A DNA stretch of 64,000 nucleotides from Longimicrobiales bacterium (GTDB taxonomy: Bacteria; Gemmatimonadota; Gemmatimonadetes; Longimicrobiales; Gaopeijiaceae): NCBI GenBank assembly GCA_965198065.1, contig CBDAON010000004.1, positions 1,120,001 to 1,184,000 of the forward strand. The letters run 5' to 3'. The notes under the pieces were generated by a model. That model worked only from the letters and a program-made list of their open reading frames with translations. It was not told the origin of the DNA and searched no databases. Each line of letters starts with the position of its first letter. The stretch's first letter is position 1. A program made the position numbers and the translations under genes. Of this stretch, positions 44,557 through 55,758 are shown in pieces.

Positions 44557-47043
44557 CTAAAGAAGGGCGACCGGATCGCGGTCGATGGCGACCCGCACAT
44601 CCCCCGAGGGAGGCCGAAACTCCTCGTCGAAGCGCCGGAGGAAGCGGCTCACGTCCGCCACACCACCGCCCCGGAGGAAGAAGTGCCACCGCCACCTCCG
44701 GTGCAGCCGCTCTATCGGCGACGGAGCGGGGCCCACGAGCTCGATCCCACGTGTGTCCTCCCTCCCCAGCCGCCTCCGGACCCAGGTCGCGGCCGCCTCG
44801 ACGGCGTCGGCCACGAGGGCTCGGTCGGGGGAGCTCACGATCACGTTCACGAGGCGGACGTGGGGGGGGTAGGACGGGCGGCGTCGCTCCTGGAGCTCCC
44901 GGGCGAGGAACCCCTCGACGTCGTGTTCGACGGCCGCTCGAATGGCGTAGTGCTCGGGGAGCGAGCTCTGGATGACGACCTCGCCTCCCAGCTCCCCCCG
45001 TCCCGTGCGCCCGGCCACCTGGCTCAGGAGCTGGAACGCCCGCTCGGTCGCCCGAAAGTCGGGCAGATGGATCCCTACGTCGGCGTTCACGACCCCTACA
45101 AGCGTGACGCGCGGGAAGTCGAGCCCCTTCGCGATCATCTGAGTCCCGAGGAGGAGGTCTACCTCGCCCCGCTCGACCCGTCCGAGGATCTCGTGGTGGG
45201 ACCAGCGCCCCGACGTGGTGTCGAGATCCATCCGCGCGATCCTCGCCCCCGGAAAGGTCTCCGCGACCACGCGCTCCACCTGCTCCGTCCCGAGCCCTCG
45301 GAGCGCCAGATCCCCGGCGCCGCAGACCGAGCAACGCTCGGGGCGCGCCTCCTCGTGCCGGCAATGATGGCAGAGGAGCCGCCCTCGGGACCGGTGGAAT
45401 GTGAGGGAGACGGAGCAGCTCGGGCATTCCCGGACGGACCCGCACGCCAGGCACTGAACGAACGACGAGTAGCCACGCCGGTTCAGGAGAAGGATCGACT
45501 GCTCCCCCCGCTCGAGCCGCTCCCGGACGGCCGAGACGAGCCGCTCCGAGAGGACGCCCCCTCCCCGCGTCGCGCTGCCGGATCCGATGGAGGATGTCTT
45601 GTCGTCGGACCGCCGCCCCCGGAGGTCCACGACCTCGACAGGTGGAAGCCGGCGCCCACCAACCCGCTCCGGGAGCCGGAGCAGGCGAAACTTCCCCCTC
45701 TTCACGTTCGCCCAACTCTCTAGCGACGGGGTCGCGGTCCCCAGCACGCAAACGGCCCCAGCGAGCGCGGCGCGGTAGACCGCGATGTCCCGGCCGTGGT
45801 AGCGGGGCGACTCGGACTGCTTGTACGAGGCGTCGTGCTCCTCGTCTACGACCACGGCGCCCAGGTCGGGCACGGGCGCGAAGACGGCCGAGCGCGCCCC
45901 CACCACCACGCGGCGCTCGCCCCGCCGAATCAGCCGCCACTGGTCGAAGCGCTCTCCCTGGGAGAGTCCTGAGTGGAGGACGGCCACCTGATCCCCGAAC
46001 CAGGTGCGGAAGCGACCCACGGTCATCGGAGTGAGCGAGATCTCGGGAACGAGGACGATCGCCGATCGACCGAGCCCGTTCACGACCTTCTCGAGGAGCC
46101 GGGTGTAGACGAGCGTTTTCCCCGAGCCCGTGACCCCGTGGAGGAGGAACGGCTTTTCGGGCTCGTCCGCCTGCCCTACGGCGCGCACGGTTTCGACGAG
46201 GCTCCGGAGCGCCGCCTCCTGCGCGTCCGTGAGGCGCTGGTCCACACGCGGAGCCGGCAGGGCCCGCGCAAACGGGTCCCTCGGAACCTCCTCCTCTTCC
46301 ACTCGCGCGAGCCCTTTTCCGACGAGCCCGTGGACGACTGCGCGGGAGAATCCGTGCGTCCGCTCCAAGACGGTCAGCTCCTCGGACCCTCCCGCCACCT
46401 CGAGCGCCTCGTAGCATGCGCGCTGTCGGCTCGCGCGGCCGAAGCGGTCGTCCCGGGCCGAGAGATCGGGAAGCCACTCGACGAGCCGCACCACTTTCCG
46501 CTTCCGGACAGGCGGCTCGGGGGGCGGGCGGGTCTCGTGCTCGAGGAGCCCCTCCCCCGCTAGGGCCCGGATCTCGGGCCAGATCGAGCGCGCGCCGACG
46601 ATCCGGCGGACGGCGGCGACCCGGACCTCACCCCCCTGAGCGCCCACCGCATCGAGCACGTCGGAGGCCCGGCCGGTGACCTGCCCGAGTCGCCTTCGTC
46701 CCTTGTCAGTGAGACGGAGGATCTCCGCCGCTCCGTCCGAGAGGACGGGTGGAAGCATGGCTCGGATCACGATCCCGGGAGGCACCACGTAGTACTCCGA
46801 GATCCAGAGGGCGAGCCGGAGGAGATCTTCCGGCACGGAAGGCGTGGTCTCGAGCACGTCCAGGACGGATCGGATTCCCTGGATCCCGGAGGGATCGCCC
46901 TCCCCGAGCACCCAGCCGACCTGAAGGCCCCGCTTGAACGGGACGAGGACGCGAGTGCCCGACGGAGGCGTCGGACCGTCGTGCGCGTAGACGAAGAGCT
47001 GAAGGAGCGGAAGGGGGAGAGCGACCCGGACGAACGCGCTCAC
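44557..47043 (-). CDS. priA: Primosomal protein N' (replication restart helicase)
   Basis: HGVTGSGKT, LVPEISLT, VDEEHD, LNRRGY, four CxxC pairs, GTQMIAKGLDFP, QVAGRTGRG. Confidence 0.96.
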   Translation of the reverse strand: MSAFVRVALPLPLLQLFVYAHDGPTPPSGTRVLVPFKRGLQVGWVLGEGDPSGIQGIRSVLDVLETTPSVPEDLLRLALWISEYYVVPPGIVIRAMLPPVLSDGAAEILRLTDKGRRRLGQVTGRASDVLDAVGAQGGEVRVAAVRRIVGARSIWPEIRALAGEGLLEHETRPPPEPPVRKRKVVRLVEWLPDLSARDDRFGRASRQRACYEALEVAGGSEELTVLERTHGFSRAVVHGLVGKGLARVEEEEVPRDPFARALPAPRVDQRLTDAQEAALRSLVETVRAVGQADEPEKPFLLHGVTGSGKTLVYTRLLEKVVNGLGRSAIVLVPEISLTPMTVGRFRTWFGDQVAVLHSGLSQGERFDQWRLIRRGERRVVVGARSAVFAPVPDLGAVVVDEEHDASYKQSESPRYHGRDIAVYRAALAGAVCVLGTATPSLESWANVKRGKFRLLRLPERVGGRRLPPVEVVDLRGRRSDDKTSSIGSGSATRGGGVLSERLVSAVRERLERGEQSILLLNRRGYSSFVQCLACGSVRECPSCSVSLTFHRSRGRLLCHHCRHEEARPERCSVCGAGDLALRGLGTEQVERVVAETFPGARIARMDLDTTSGRWSHHEILGRVERGEVDLLLGTQMIAKGLDFPRVTLVGVVNADVGIHLPDFRATERAFQLLSQVAGRTGRGELGGEVVIQSSLPEHYAIRAAVEHDVEGFLARELQERRRPSYPPHVRLVNVIVSSPDRALVADAVEAAATWVRRRLGREDTRGIELVGPAPSPIERLHRRWRWHFFLRGGGVADVSRFLRRFDEEFRPPSGDVRVAIDRDPVALL

Positions 47044-48242
47044 GGCTCCGACCCGTCCAGGAGAAGCAGGTCGCGCTGGATCTCCGGAGGGGTCACCTCA
47101 GGCCCGCTTTCCCCCCAATACACGTTCACCTCGCTCCGGACGCCGAAGCGGCCCGGAAGGTACACGCCCGGCTCGACCGAAAACCCCACGCCGGGAAGGA
47201 GCCGCCGCTCGTCCCGCGTCTCGAAATCGTCCAGGTTAGGCCCGGAGCCGTGGAGTCGCGTATCGATGGAGTGGCCGAGCCGGTGAACGAACGCGTCGTA
47301 GAAGCCCGCGCTCCGGAGAGATGCGCGCGCGACCGCGTCTACTTCGTACCCCCGGACGTCCCGCCTCCCGGCGGCCCGCTCCTCGAGAAACGCGAGCGCC
47401 CGGTCCCGGGCGTCTCGGACGGCGCCCCAGACCTCGCGGACGTCGTCCGGGGGCGCGGCCCCGAGGTAGCCCATCCACGTCTGGTCCGCGGGGACGCCTC
47501 CGGGGAACGCTCCCCAGAGGTCGACGATAACCAGGGTGTCGGCAAGGATCGGCGCGCCCGCCCCCTCCGGCTCGTAGTGCGGATCCGCGGAGGACGGGCC
47601 GACCGCAACGATCGCGTCCTCCTGCTCGGTGAGCCCCTCTTCTCGGAGGCGGGCCCGAATCCAGTCGCGCAGCTCGGCTTCCGCGAACGGAGCGGGCTCT
47701 CGGGCCGACCGGGCGGCGCGGCGGAGCGCCTCGTGCGCAACCGAGCCGACGACGCGGGCCGCGGCGCGGTGGAGGTCGAGCCCATGCTCGGACCACCGGG
47801 CGTGGAACGCTGTGACGAGGTCTCCGGACGAGACGACTCGCACCCCTAGACCCTCAAGCACGCCGACGATCCCTGCCGGAACCAGGTCGAGCGTGGGGAC
47901 GGCGCTCCCCGGAGAGACCTCCATCGCGACGATCCGGGCTCCGCCGAGCAGAGCTAGGAGGCCGGCCTCGAGCTCGTGCCGCCGGGTGTAGCGTCGAAGC
48001 TCCCAGGGCCAGGGGGCCCAGGCCGTCAGGTCCACGGGATGGCACAGCGCGACGGGCGGTCCCTCGGCCGGAAAGAGCGCGAACCCCCGGCGCGTCGTGT
48101 GACCCAGCCCCAGAAGCGCGTGGGCGACCGGGCTCCGGTCCTGGAAGTCGTAGAGGAGCCAGGCGTCGGCACCCAACTCAGCGAGGAGCCCCGGTAGAGC
48201 GGTGATCCTGCCGGCGTCGAGGAGGGGGCCGGCGGCGCTCAC
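47040..48242 (-). CDS. M24-family (Xaa-Pro-type) metallopeptidase
   Basis: ADPHY, VDLW, ADQTW, HRLGHSID, SVEPGVY, GVRSEVN. Confidence 0.87.
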   Translation of the reverse strand: MSAAGPLLDAGRITALPGLLAELGADAWLLYDFQDRSPVAHALLGLGHTTRRGFALFPAEGPPVALCHPVDLTAWAPWPWELRRYTRRHELEAGLLALLGGARIVAMEVSPGSAVPTLDLVPAGIVGVLEGLGVRVVSSGDLVTAFHARWSEHGLDLHRAAARVVGSVAHEALRRAARSAREPAPFAEAELRDWIRARLREEGLTEQEDAIVAVGPSSADPHYEPEGAGAPILADTLVIVDLWGAFPGGVPADQTWMGYLGAAPPDDVREVWGAVRDARDRALAFLEERAAGRRDVRGYEVDAVARASLRSAGFYDAFVHRLGHSIDTRLHGSGPNLDDFETRDERRLLPGVGFSVEPGVYLPGRFGVRSEVNVYWGESGPEVTPPEIQRDLLLLDGSEP

Positions 48243-48302
48243 CGCGGCCCGCGGGATCGCCTGGCCAACGTCAACCGAGCCCCGGGCGTCGGCCCGCCGG
48301 CG

Positions 48303-49214
48303 TCAACGCCGCTCGCCCTGGACGAAGAGCGGAAGGTCCACCACTTCTCCAACCGCATCCACCTCCCCACCGGCATCGATCGTTCCGGTGCCGACGGCCC
48401 TCCAACCCGCGATCAGCGTGAGGCCCAGGATCCGCTCCCGGGTCATGAGCCGATGGGCCTCCCTCTCCCTGGCGAGGGCGGCGACGACCCCCCGCCAACC
48501 CCAGCGGCCCAGCGCGCGACGCAGGATGCCGATCCGCTCGGGAATGGAGAAGAGCTCCGCGAGGTCCGGGAGACCGCCCGCTACCGGGGAGTCGAGGCCG
48601 CCCCGCTCGTCGGACCATCCCTCCGTCCGGAGCGGCTCGATTCCTGCCTCCCGAAGGAGCCGCTTGAGCTCGACCAGCATGAGCGGCTTCACCCCCAAAT
48701 GGCTCGACAGCACCTCGCGCCTGGCCGCCTCCACGGGCGCCTTCCAGACAAGCTGCACGAGCGCGACCCGGCCCCCCGGCTTCAGCACGCGTGCGATCTC
48801 CAGGACGGCCGGCTCGGCCTCCGCGCGCCGGGTGAGGCCCAGCTCTCCGATGACGACGTCGAAGACGCCGTCCCGGTACGGGAGCTCCGCCACGGAGCCC
48901 GCCTGGAAGTGCGCCCGCTCGTGAATTCCCTCTTCCCGGGCGCGAGCCTCCGCCTCGTCGAGCAGGGCCTCGTCGTCGTCCACCCCGCACCCGACGGCTC
49001 CGAACTCCCGCACGAAGTACTCGAGCGTGGTGCCCCGGCCGGAGGGGACGACCAGAACCTCCTGCCCCTCCCGGAGATCGGTGAGGAGCCCGATCCGATG
49101 GTAGAGGACCTTCCCGCCCGGCCCGAAGAGAGGTCGGCGGGCAAGGCGAACGAGGTCCAGGGTGGAGGGAATGGCCTCGCTCCCGGGGAGCGAGCCGGGC
49201 AGGTTGGCGTTCAT
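48303..49214 (-). CDS. Class I SAM-dependent methyltransferase-like protein
   Basis: GPGG, degenerate motif I (VVPSGRG), LPYRDGVFDVVIGE, ARVLKPGG. Confidence 0.8.
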   Translation of the reverse strand: MNANLPGSLPGSEAIPSTLDLVRLARRPLFGPGGKVLYHRIGLLTDLREGQEVLVVPSGRGTTLEYFVREFGAVGCGVDDDEALLDEAEARAREEGIHERAHFQAGSVAELPYRDGVFDVVIGELGLTRRAEAEPAVLEIARVLKPGGRVALVQLVWKAPVEAARREVLSSHLGVKPLMLVELKRLLREAGIEPLRTEGWSDERGGLDSPVAGGLPDLAELFSIPERIGILRRALGRWGWRGVVAALAREREAHRLMTRERILGLTLIAGWRAVGTGTIDAGGEVDAVGEVVDLPLFVQGERR

Positions 49215-49224
49215 GGGTCGAACG

Positions 49225-49734
49225 TCAGAACGACGGGTCCTCGCTGATCTCGATGTCACGGATCGCCGACCGGAGGAGCGCCTCCTGGTCGTCCGTGAGC
49301 GGCTGCCTGGATCCCGGCGCCGCGGTGGCGGTGCCCCCCGAGCGGACGGAGCGGCGGAGCACGAAGGTGACGAGCCCCACGCCGGCCAGAAGCGCCGCGG
49401 GGGGGAAGATCCACGCCAGGAGGCCCCGCCCCCGTCCTTCCGGCTCCGCCAGGTACTCCTCCCCGTGGTTCGCGAGCATCCAGTCTACGAGCTCATCGGA
49501 GGCCCACCCCTCGTAGGCTAGCGCGTGGATGGAGTCCCTGAGCACGGCCGACTGCTGGGCCGTGCACACCTCGAGCATAAATCCCGGACAGTAGGGCGAA
49601 TAGAGCCGCGAGATCGCCTCGGTCCCTTCCGGATGGGGCTGGAACGGCCCCTCCATTCCCTCCGGGATCTGCCCGACCGCTGGGACGGCGAGGAGGAAGA
49701 GGATGGAGACGGAAAGGAAAGCGGGGATGCGCAT
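49225..49734 (-). CDS. ccmH: Cytochrome c biogenesis CcmH-like protein
   Basis: Signal peptide, SPYCPGFMLEVC, HGEEYLAEP, LAWIFP TM segment. Confidence 0.72.
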   Translation of the reverse strand: MRIPAFLSVSILFLLAVPAVGQIPEGMEGPFQPHPEGTEAISRLYSPYCPGFMLEVCTAQQSAVLRDSIHALAYEGWASDELVDWMLANHGEEYLAEPEGRGRGLLAWIFPPAALLAGVGLVTFVLRRSVRSGGTATAAPGSRQPLTDDQEALLRSAIRDIEISEDPSF

Positions 49735-49805
49735 AACGGGATCCCAGTTCGGGATGGGAGTCACGAGTCGCCGAACGGTAAAAATGCCGAAAGCCGGCCG
49801 CTGGC

Positions 49806-50717
49806 TCAAGCCGGCCCGTCTAGGGGGGGGCCGTCCAGCCCCGCCAGGGCCGCCAGCGTTGCGACCGCCGCGAGGCCGGTTCTGGCCGGGTGGTATCCGC
49901 CCTCGAGAAGGGCCACGACCCTCCCGGAGCAGGCCCGCGCCGCCCACTCCAGGACCGCCCTCGTGAGCCGGAAGAAATGGGCCGGCTCGAGAAGCATGCC
50001 GCCGATGGGGTCTCCGGCTAGCGCGTCGTAGCCCGCGGAAACCAGGATGAAGTCGGGCTCGAAGGCCGCCTCGGCCCGACCCAGAGCCCCGGCAAGCGCG
50101 CGCTCGTGAGCGTCTCCCGTGGTGCGGGCTGGAAGTGGAACGTTCAGGGTGGCTCCGGCGCCCGCGCCCTCCCCCCGCTCGTCCGAACCCCCCGTCCCGG
50201 GATAGAACGGAAACTGGTGGAGGGAGAGGAAGAAGACCGTCGCCTGGAGGTGCCGCGCGGCCACGGCGACATGGTTCACAGCACAGAACCCCATGGCCTG
50301 CTCCGCCGACGCGTGGTGACCAGGGGGACGGGTGGCGACGAAGGCGTTCCCGAGCGCGCCGCTCCACACGCCCTCCACCGCGACGAGCGCGGCCCCGCTG
50401 GATCCCCGAATCGCATCCCAGGATCCGCTGGAGACAGGGACCTCCGCCCCGACCTCGACCCTCGCGTCGATCTCTCCCGCCCGGCGGGACGCGGCCTGGA
50501 CGCGTTCGAGGTAAGGAAGCGGATGGACCCGCCGGAGCTCGTCCAGGGTGGCGAAGCGGACCTCGACCGGCTCTACCTTCCCGTGGAGCACCGGAAGGGC
50601 CTGCTCGACGGCGGCGGCAATGGCCGGAAGGCGCCCCTGATGCTCGGGGTGCCCCCACCCGGGATCGTGGAGGGGGGCGGAGGGGTGGAGGAGGAATCCG
50701 GTCGGCGGCGGCGTCAC
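49806..50717 (-). pseudogene. Histone deacetylase-family protein with an in-frame loss of the Zn-binding DxH segment
   Basis: HPE, RPPGHH, MGFC, SLHQFPFYPGTG, SAGYD and LEGGY are present. The usual DxDVHHGNGT segment is absent at the HLQAT/VFFLSLHQ join. Confidence 0.75.
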
Positions 50718-50756
50718 GCGGGGCCGCGCCGTGGACGCATCGTCACCGCACGGCGC

Positions 50757-53700
50757 TCAGTCCACACCCTGGAGGGCATGGGCCGGCGCCCCCTTCCCCT
50801 TCGCCATCCACTCTTGGAGCGACCGCACCTGTGGCTTCACAGAGCGGAGCGCGATGATCGCGTCGCACGCCGCGTTCGTGGCGGACATCGTCGTGAGGTA
50901 CGGGATGCCGTACGTGATCGCCGCCCGCCGCATCGCGTAGTCGTCGTACTGCGACTTCTTTCCGAGCGGCGTGTTGATGAGGAGGTCCACGTCCCCGCTC
51001 ACGATCACGTCCACGATGTGCGGCCGCCCCTCGCCCACCTTGAAGATGAACTCGGCCGGGATCCCGAGGCGGGAGATGTACTCGTGTGTCCCCCCCGTCG
51101 CGACGATCCGGAAGCCGAGGTCGTGGAAACGCCGCAGGATCGGGGTCACCGTCGCCTTGTCCCGATCGTTCACGGTCACGACGATCGTTCCCCCGTCCTT
51201 CGGAAGCAGGTTCATCCCCGCCGCCTGCGCCTTTGCGTACGCCATTCCGAGCGAGTCGTCGAATCCCATCACTTCGCCCGTGGAGCGCATTTCGGGGCCG
51301 AGCAGGATGTCCACGTCGAAGCGGGTGAAGGGGAGCACCGCCTCCTTCACGGCAATCCCCGGGAGGGGCGGCTCCTCGGGAACGCCGAGGTCCCGGAGCT
51401 TCTCCCCCGCAATGAGCCGGGCCGCAAGCCGCGCGAGCGGCACGCCCGTCGCCTTGCTCACGAACGGGACGGTCCGGGACGCGCGGGGGTTCACCTCGAG
51501 CACGTAGACGTTCCCGTCCCGGATCGCGTACTGGACGTTCAGGAGCCCCACGACTCCGAGCTCGAGGGCGAACGCCCTTGTGAGCTCGCGGATCCGCTCC
51601 AACTCCTCGGGCCCCAGGCGGTAGGGGGGGAGCACGCAGGCCGAGTCGCCGGAGTGGACGCCCGCATCCTCGATGTGCTGCATGATCCCGCCGATCACGA
51701 CGTCCTCTCCGTCCGAGAGCGCGTCCACGTCGGCCTCAAACGCATCTTCGATGAAGCGGTCGATGAGAACCGGATGATCGGGAGACACTCGCACGGCACG
51801 CTCGAAGTACGCCTCGAGAGAGGCGTCGTCGTAGACAATCTCCATCCCCCGCCCGCCGAGCACGTACGACGGTCTCACCAGGACCGGGTACTTGACCTCG
51901 CGGGCTACCTCTAGGGCCTCGCCGAGCGTGACGGCCGTGCCGTTCGCGGGGACGCGCGCGCCGACTTTCCGGCACACCTTCTCGAAGCGCTCGCGGTCCT
52001 CGGCGCGGTCGATCGCATCCACGGACGTTCCCAGGATCGTGGCGCCTGCGGCGGCCAGCCCCTCGGACAGGTTCAGGGGCGTCTGCCCGCCGAGCTGCAC
52101 GATGACGCCCATCGGCCTCTCCCGATGGATGATCTCGAGCACGTCCTCGAGGGTGAGCGGCTCGAAGTAGAGCGTATCCGATACGTCGAAGTCGGTGGAG
52201 ACCGTCTCGGGGTTCGAGTTCACCATGATGGCATGGAAGCCCCTCTTCCGGAGCTCCAGCACCGCCTGGACGCAGCAGTAATCGAACTCGATCCCCTGAC
52301 CGATCCGGTTGGGCCCACTCCCCAGGATCAGGACCTTCTTCTTCTCCGAAGGGCGAACCTCGTCCTCGGTCTCGTAGGACGAGTAGTAATAGGGCGTCTC
52401 CGCGGGAAGCTCTCCCGCGCAGGTGTCCACGACGTTGAAGCTCGGCCGGATCCCCTCCTTCCACCGCCGCGCCCGGACGTCCCCTTCCTTCTCTCCGCGG
52501 AGCCGGGCGAGCTGCGCGTCCGAGAAGCCGTTCCGTTTCACTCGGAGGATCGCCTCCGGCCCCACCTCGGGGAGGTCCCGGTACCACGCCTCCATCTCGA
52601 CCAGCTCGAGGAGCTGGTCCAGGAACCACGGGTCGATGGCCGTCGCCTCGTGGAGCTCGTCCAGGGTCGCGGGCTCTTCGCCGGGGTCGGGGGTCTTGGC
52701 TGTACCGGAGGCACCGCTCGCACCGGCCCCGCCGGCCACCCCAGTCTCCGCCTCGGAGGACGGGGAGCGGCTGCGGGAGGCGGCCTCCCACTTCACGATG
52801 GCCTGGAGGGCGCGCTTGAGCTGGAACGGGCGCTCCGCCGTGGGCCTGCGGAGCGCGGCGAGGAGGGACTGCCTATCGTCCGCCACGAGCCCGTCGTCCT
52901 CGAGCGACTCCCCCGTCACCCAGCCGGTGCGCCCGATCTCGAGGCCCCGGACCCCCTTCTGCCACGCCGCCTTGAACGTGCGGCCGATCGCCATGGTCTC
53001 ACCCACCGCCTTCATTTGGATTCCGAGCACGGGGTCGACCTCTCGGAACTTCTCGAAGGCGAAGCGAGGGAACTTGACGACGACATAGTCGAGGGTCGGC
53101 TCGAAGGAGGCGGGCGTCGTCTTGGTGATGTCGTTCGGGAGCTCGTAGAGGCGGTAGCCCACGGCGAGTTTCGCGCCCACGCGCGCGATGGGGAACCCGG
53201 TGGCCTTCGACGCCAGCGCTGACGATCGGGAGACCCGCGGGTTCATCTCGATCACGAGGAGATCACCGTCCTCCGGGTTAACGGCAAACTGGATGTTGCA
53301 CCCGCCGGCCTCGACTCCGATCTCCCGGATCGTCGCGATCGCCGCATCCCGCATCCGCTGGTACTCGCGATCGGTGAGCGTCTGGGCGGGAGCCACGGTG
53401 ATCGAGTCCCCCGTGTGCACCCCCATGGGATCGAAGTTCTCGATCGAGCAGACGACGATCACGTTGTCCTCGCCGTCCCGGACCACCTCGAGCTCGTACT
53501 CCTTCCACCCGATCACTGACCGGTCGATCAGCACCTCCCCAATGGGGGAGGCGTCGATGCCTCGGCGCACCGCGCTCTCGACCTCTTCCCGGTTGTACGC
53601 GATCCCGCCTCCCGTGCCCCCCAGCGTGAAGGAGGGTCGGATGATGGCCGGATAACCGGTCTCCTCCACGACGCGGAGCGCGTCTTCCTGCGACTTCGCG

Positions 53701-54143
53701 AACCCGCCGTGGGGAACCTCGAGCCCGATCCGCTCCATCGCCTCGGCGAACTCCTCCCGGTCCTCTGCCATGCGGATGGACCGCTCGTTCGCACCGATGA
53801 GCTCGACCCCATGCTCGGCGAGGACGCCTTCCTCGTGGAGCTCCATCGCGATGGTGAGGGCGGTCTGCCCACCCATGGTCGGGAGGACCGCGTCGGGACG
53901 CTCCTTCTCGATGATGCGCCGGACCCACTCCGTCGTTAGCGGCTCCACGTACGTCCGATCCGCGAGGTGCGGATCCGTCATGATCGTGGCAGGGTTCGAG
54001 TTCACGAGCACGACCCGATACCCCTCCTCCTTCAGCGCCCGCACGGCTTGCGTTCCCGAGTAGTCGAACTCGCAGCCCTGGCCGATCACGATCGGACCCG
54101 AACCCAGGATCAGGATCGTTTCCAGGTCATCGCGTCTGGGCAA
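50757..54143 (-). CDS. carB: Carbamoyl-phosphate synthase large subunit
   Basis: TTG start [46 protein letters not shown], and an MGS domain. Confidence 0.97.
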   Translation of the reverse strand: MPRRDDLETILILGSGPIVIGQGCEFDYSGTQAVRALKEEGYRVVLVNSNPATIMTDPHLADRTYVEPLTTEWVRRIIEKERPDAVLPTMGGQTALTIAMELHEEGVLAEHGVELIGANERSIRMAEDREEFAEAMERIGLEVPHGGFAKSQEDALRVVEETGYPAIIRPSFTLGGTGGGIAYNREEVESAVRRGIDASPIGEVLIDRSVIGWKEYELEVVRDGEDNVIVVCSIENFDPMGVHTGDSITVAPAQTLTDREYQRMRDAAIATIREIGVEAGGCNIQFAVNPEDGDLLVIEMNPRVSRSSALASKATGFPIARVGAKLAVGYRLYELPNDITKTTPASFEPTLDYVVVKFPRFAFEKFREVDPVLGIQMKAVGETMAIGRTFKAAWQKGVRGLEIGRTGWVTGESLEDDGLVADDRQSLLAALRRPTAERPFQLKRALQAIVKWEAASRSRSPSSEAETGVAGGAGASGASGTAKTPDPGEEPATLDELHEATAIDPWFLDQLLELVEMEAWYRDLPEVGPEAILRVKRNGFSDAQLARLRGEKEGDVRARRWKEGIRPSFNVVDTCAGELPAETPYYYSSYETEDEVRPSEKKKVLILGSGPNRIGQGIEFDYCCVQAVLELRKRGFHAIMVNSNPETVSTDFDVSDTLYFEPLTLEDVLEIIHRERPMGVIVQLGGQTPLNLSEGLAAAGATILGTSVDAIDRAEDRERFEKVCRKVGARVPANGTAVTLGEALEVAREVKYPVLVRPSYVLGGRGMEIVYDDASLEAYFERAVRVSPDHPVLIDRFIEDAFEADVDALSDGEDVVIGGIMQHIEDAGVHSGDSACVLPPYRLGPEELERIRELTRAFALELGVVGLLNVQYAIRDGNVYVLEVNPRASRTVPFVSKATGVPLARLAARLIAGEKLRDLGVPEEPPLPGIAVKEAVLPFTRFDVDILLGPEMRSTGEVMGFDDSLGMAYAKAQAAGMNLLPKDGGTIVVTVNDRDKATVTPILRRFHDLGFRIVATGGTHEYISRLGIPAEFIFKVGEGRPHIVDVIVSGDVDLLINTPLGKKSQYDDYAMRRAAITYGIPYLTTMSATNAACDAIIALRSVKPQVRSLQEWMAKGKGAPAHALQGVD

Positions 54144-54549
54144 GAGGCGGTATCCGACGGGCGTCGTGGAAGGGAATCGGTGCGGCGGGCCGACGCGCCC
54201 GGGCCGACGCGCCCGGGCCGGGCGCACGGAGCCTCGTACGTGCACCTCGGGGGGCCGCTGGACCGGTGTGAAACTCGTCCGTCCACCAGGCGAAATCAAG
54301 GCAGCGCCCCCGTCCCTCGAGGAGGCGCCGGGCCGTGTCGGGTGCGGACCGAGGTCGGGGGCTCCATCCGGTTTCGGTTGCGGCGTGCCCGGTCGCCACC
54401 CTATATGGACTTTCGGCCTGAGGTGCAGGATCGGCTCCCGAAGTTGCCGCCGATCCGAGCGCGCCAGGTGCGAAGCTCGACGGACGGGCTCGCAGTGACG
54501 CGCGACCGATTGCAGAACCGACAGTCACGTGGAACCAAGGAGACTCGAC

Positions 54550-55227
54550 ATGAGAGGAAAGGTTGCAGCTCTGACCGTGCTCGTGATCGCGACGCTCGGT
54601 GTGGGACCGACAGAGGTCAGCGCTCAAGATCCCCCGATGGGATTCTTCATCACGAGCGTGGGTCCGGGGAACGGCGGCGATCTCGGTGGGCTGGCGGGAG
54701 CCGATGCGCACTGTGAGGCCCTCGCGGCGGCGGTGGGAGCGGGCGGCCGCGAGTGGAGAGCGTACGTGAGCCAGAACGCCGGCGGGGGGCTCCCACAGGT
54801 GAACGCCAGGGACCGCATCGGAAACGGCCCCTGGTACAACGCGAACGGCCAGCGCATCGCGTGGGACGTCGGGAACCTGCATGGGGACAACCAGAGGGAC
54901 TCGAACAACATCCGGAAGCCGACGGCCGTCAACGAGCGGGGCGACCCGGTGAACGGCGCGGGCGATCAGCCGAACCAGCACGATATCCTGACCGGATCAG
55001 ATTCGCACGGACGGGCCCTGCCGGGCTCCTCGGCGGTCAACACGTGCAGCAACTGGACGAGCTCGGATCCGGCCAACCGGGCGATGGTCGGCCACCACGA
55101 TCGGTTGGGTGGAGCCAACGCGTCGTGGAACGCGGTGCATCACTCGTCCGGGTGTGGCCAGCAGAACCTCGTCCAGACCGGCGGCAACGGGCTCTTCTAC
55201 TGCTTCGCCGCCGACGACCCGATGTAG
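54550..55227 (+). CDS. Secreted endostatin/collagenase-NC10-like (C-type-lectin-like) protein
   Basis: AAGGAG RBS, signal peptide, FFITS, GDLGGLAGADAHC, ARDRIG-x-GPW, HDILTGS, GHHDR, GLFYCFA. Confidence 0.78.
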   Translation: MRGKVAALTVLVIATLGVGPTEVSAQDPPMGFFITSVGPGNGGDLGGLAGADAHCEALAAAVGAGGREWRAYVSQNAGGGLPQVNARDRIGNGPWYNANGQRIAWDVGNLHGDNQRDSNNIRKPTAVNERGDPVNGAGDQPNQHDILTGSDSHGRALPGSSAVNTCSNWTSSDPANRAMVGHHDRLGGANASWNAVHHSSGCGQQNLVQTGGNGLFYCFAADDPM

Positions 55228-55344
55228 TGATGGTCTGACAGAGCGGGCCAGCGATCGAACGGGGTCCCTCCAGGCCCGATGTAGGGAACTATCCGATGTA
55301 GAGGCCCCGCGCTTCGACGACGGGCTCGCTTAGTTGCGCGAGTG

Positions 55345-55758
55345 TTATCGAAGCGTCAAGCGCACCTGAACGTCCGACGGGTTCGGACGGAGGGCGTTGT
55401 CCCGGTCCGCCGCTTCGAGCACGGTCACGGAAGGCGGCCCCAGGGACACGTCATCCACCTCCACCCGGAAGGTGAGGGCGCCCGACGGCTCGGGGTCCAG
55501 GAGGAGGACGCGAAGCTCGTGGGTGGCCTCGGGACCGGGGGCAGGCGCGGTCCAGCTGCGCGTTCCCCCCTCCCCGACCACGTCCCGCACGCCTTGTCCC
55601 GCCACGAGCAGGAGCGTGGTGCCGGGGGCCCCGCCTGGAGCCTCGACCGAGCCCCCGAACTCGCCCGGTCCCGACCGGCGTTCGTCCGCGCATCCCGCGG
55701 CGACGAGCCCAACCACGGCGGTCAGGGCTACCGCACGGAGCCGGACGTTCTCAGCCAT
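55345..55758 (-). CDS. Hypothetical lipoprotein (beta-sandwich, possibly cohesin-like)
   Basis: Lipobox AAGC, beta-rich mature part, overlapping the stop of the M6 protease. Confidence 0.65.
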   Translation of the reverse strand: MAENVRLRAVALTAVVGLVAAGCADERRSGPGEFGGSVEAPGGAPGTTLLLVAGQGVRDVVGEGGTRSWTAPAPGPEATHELRVLLLDPEPSGALTFRVEVDDVSLGPPSVTVLEAADRDNALRPNPSDVQVRLTLR

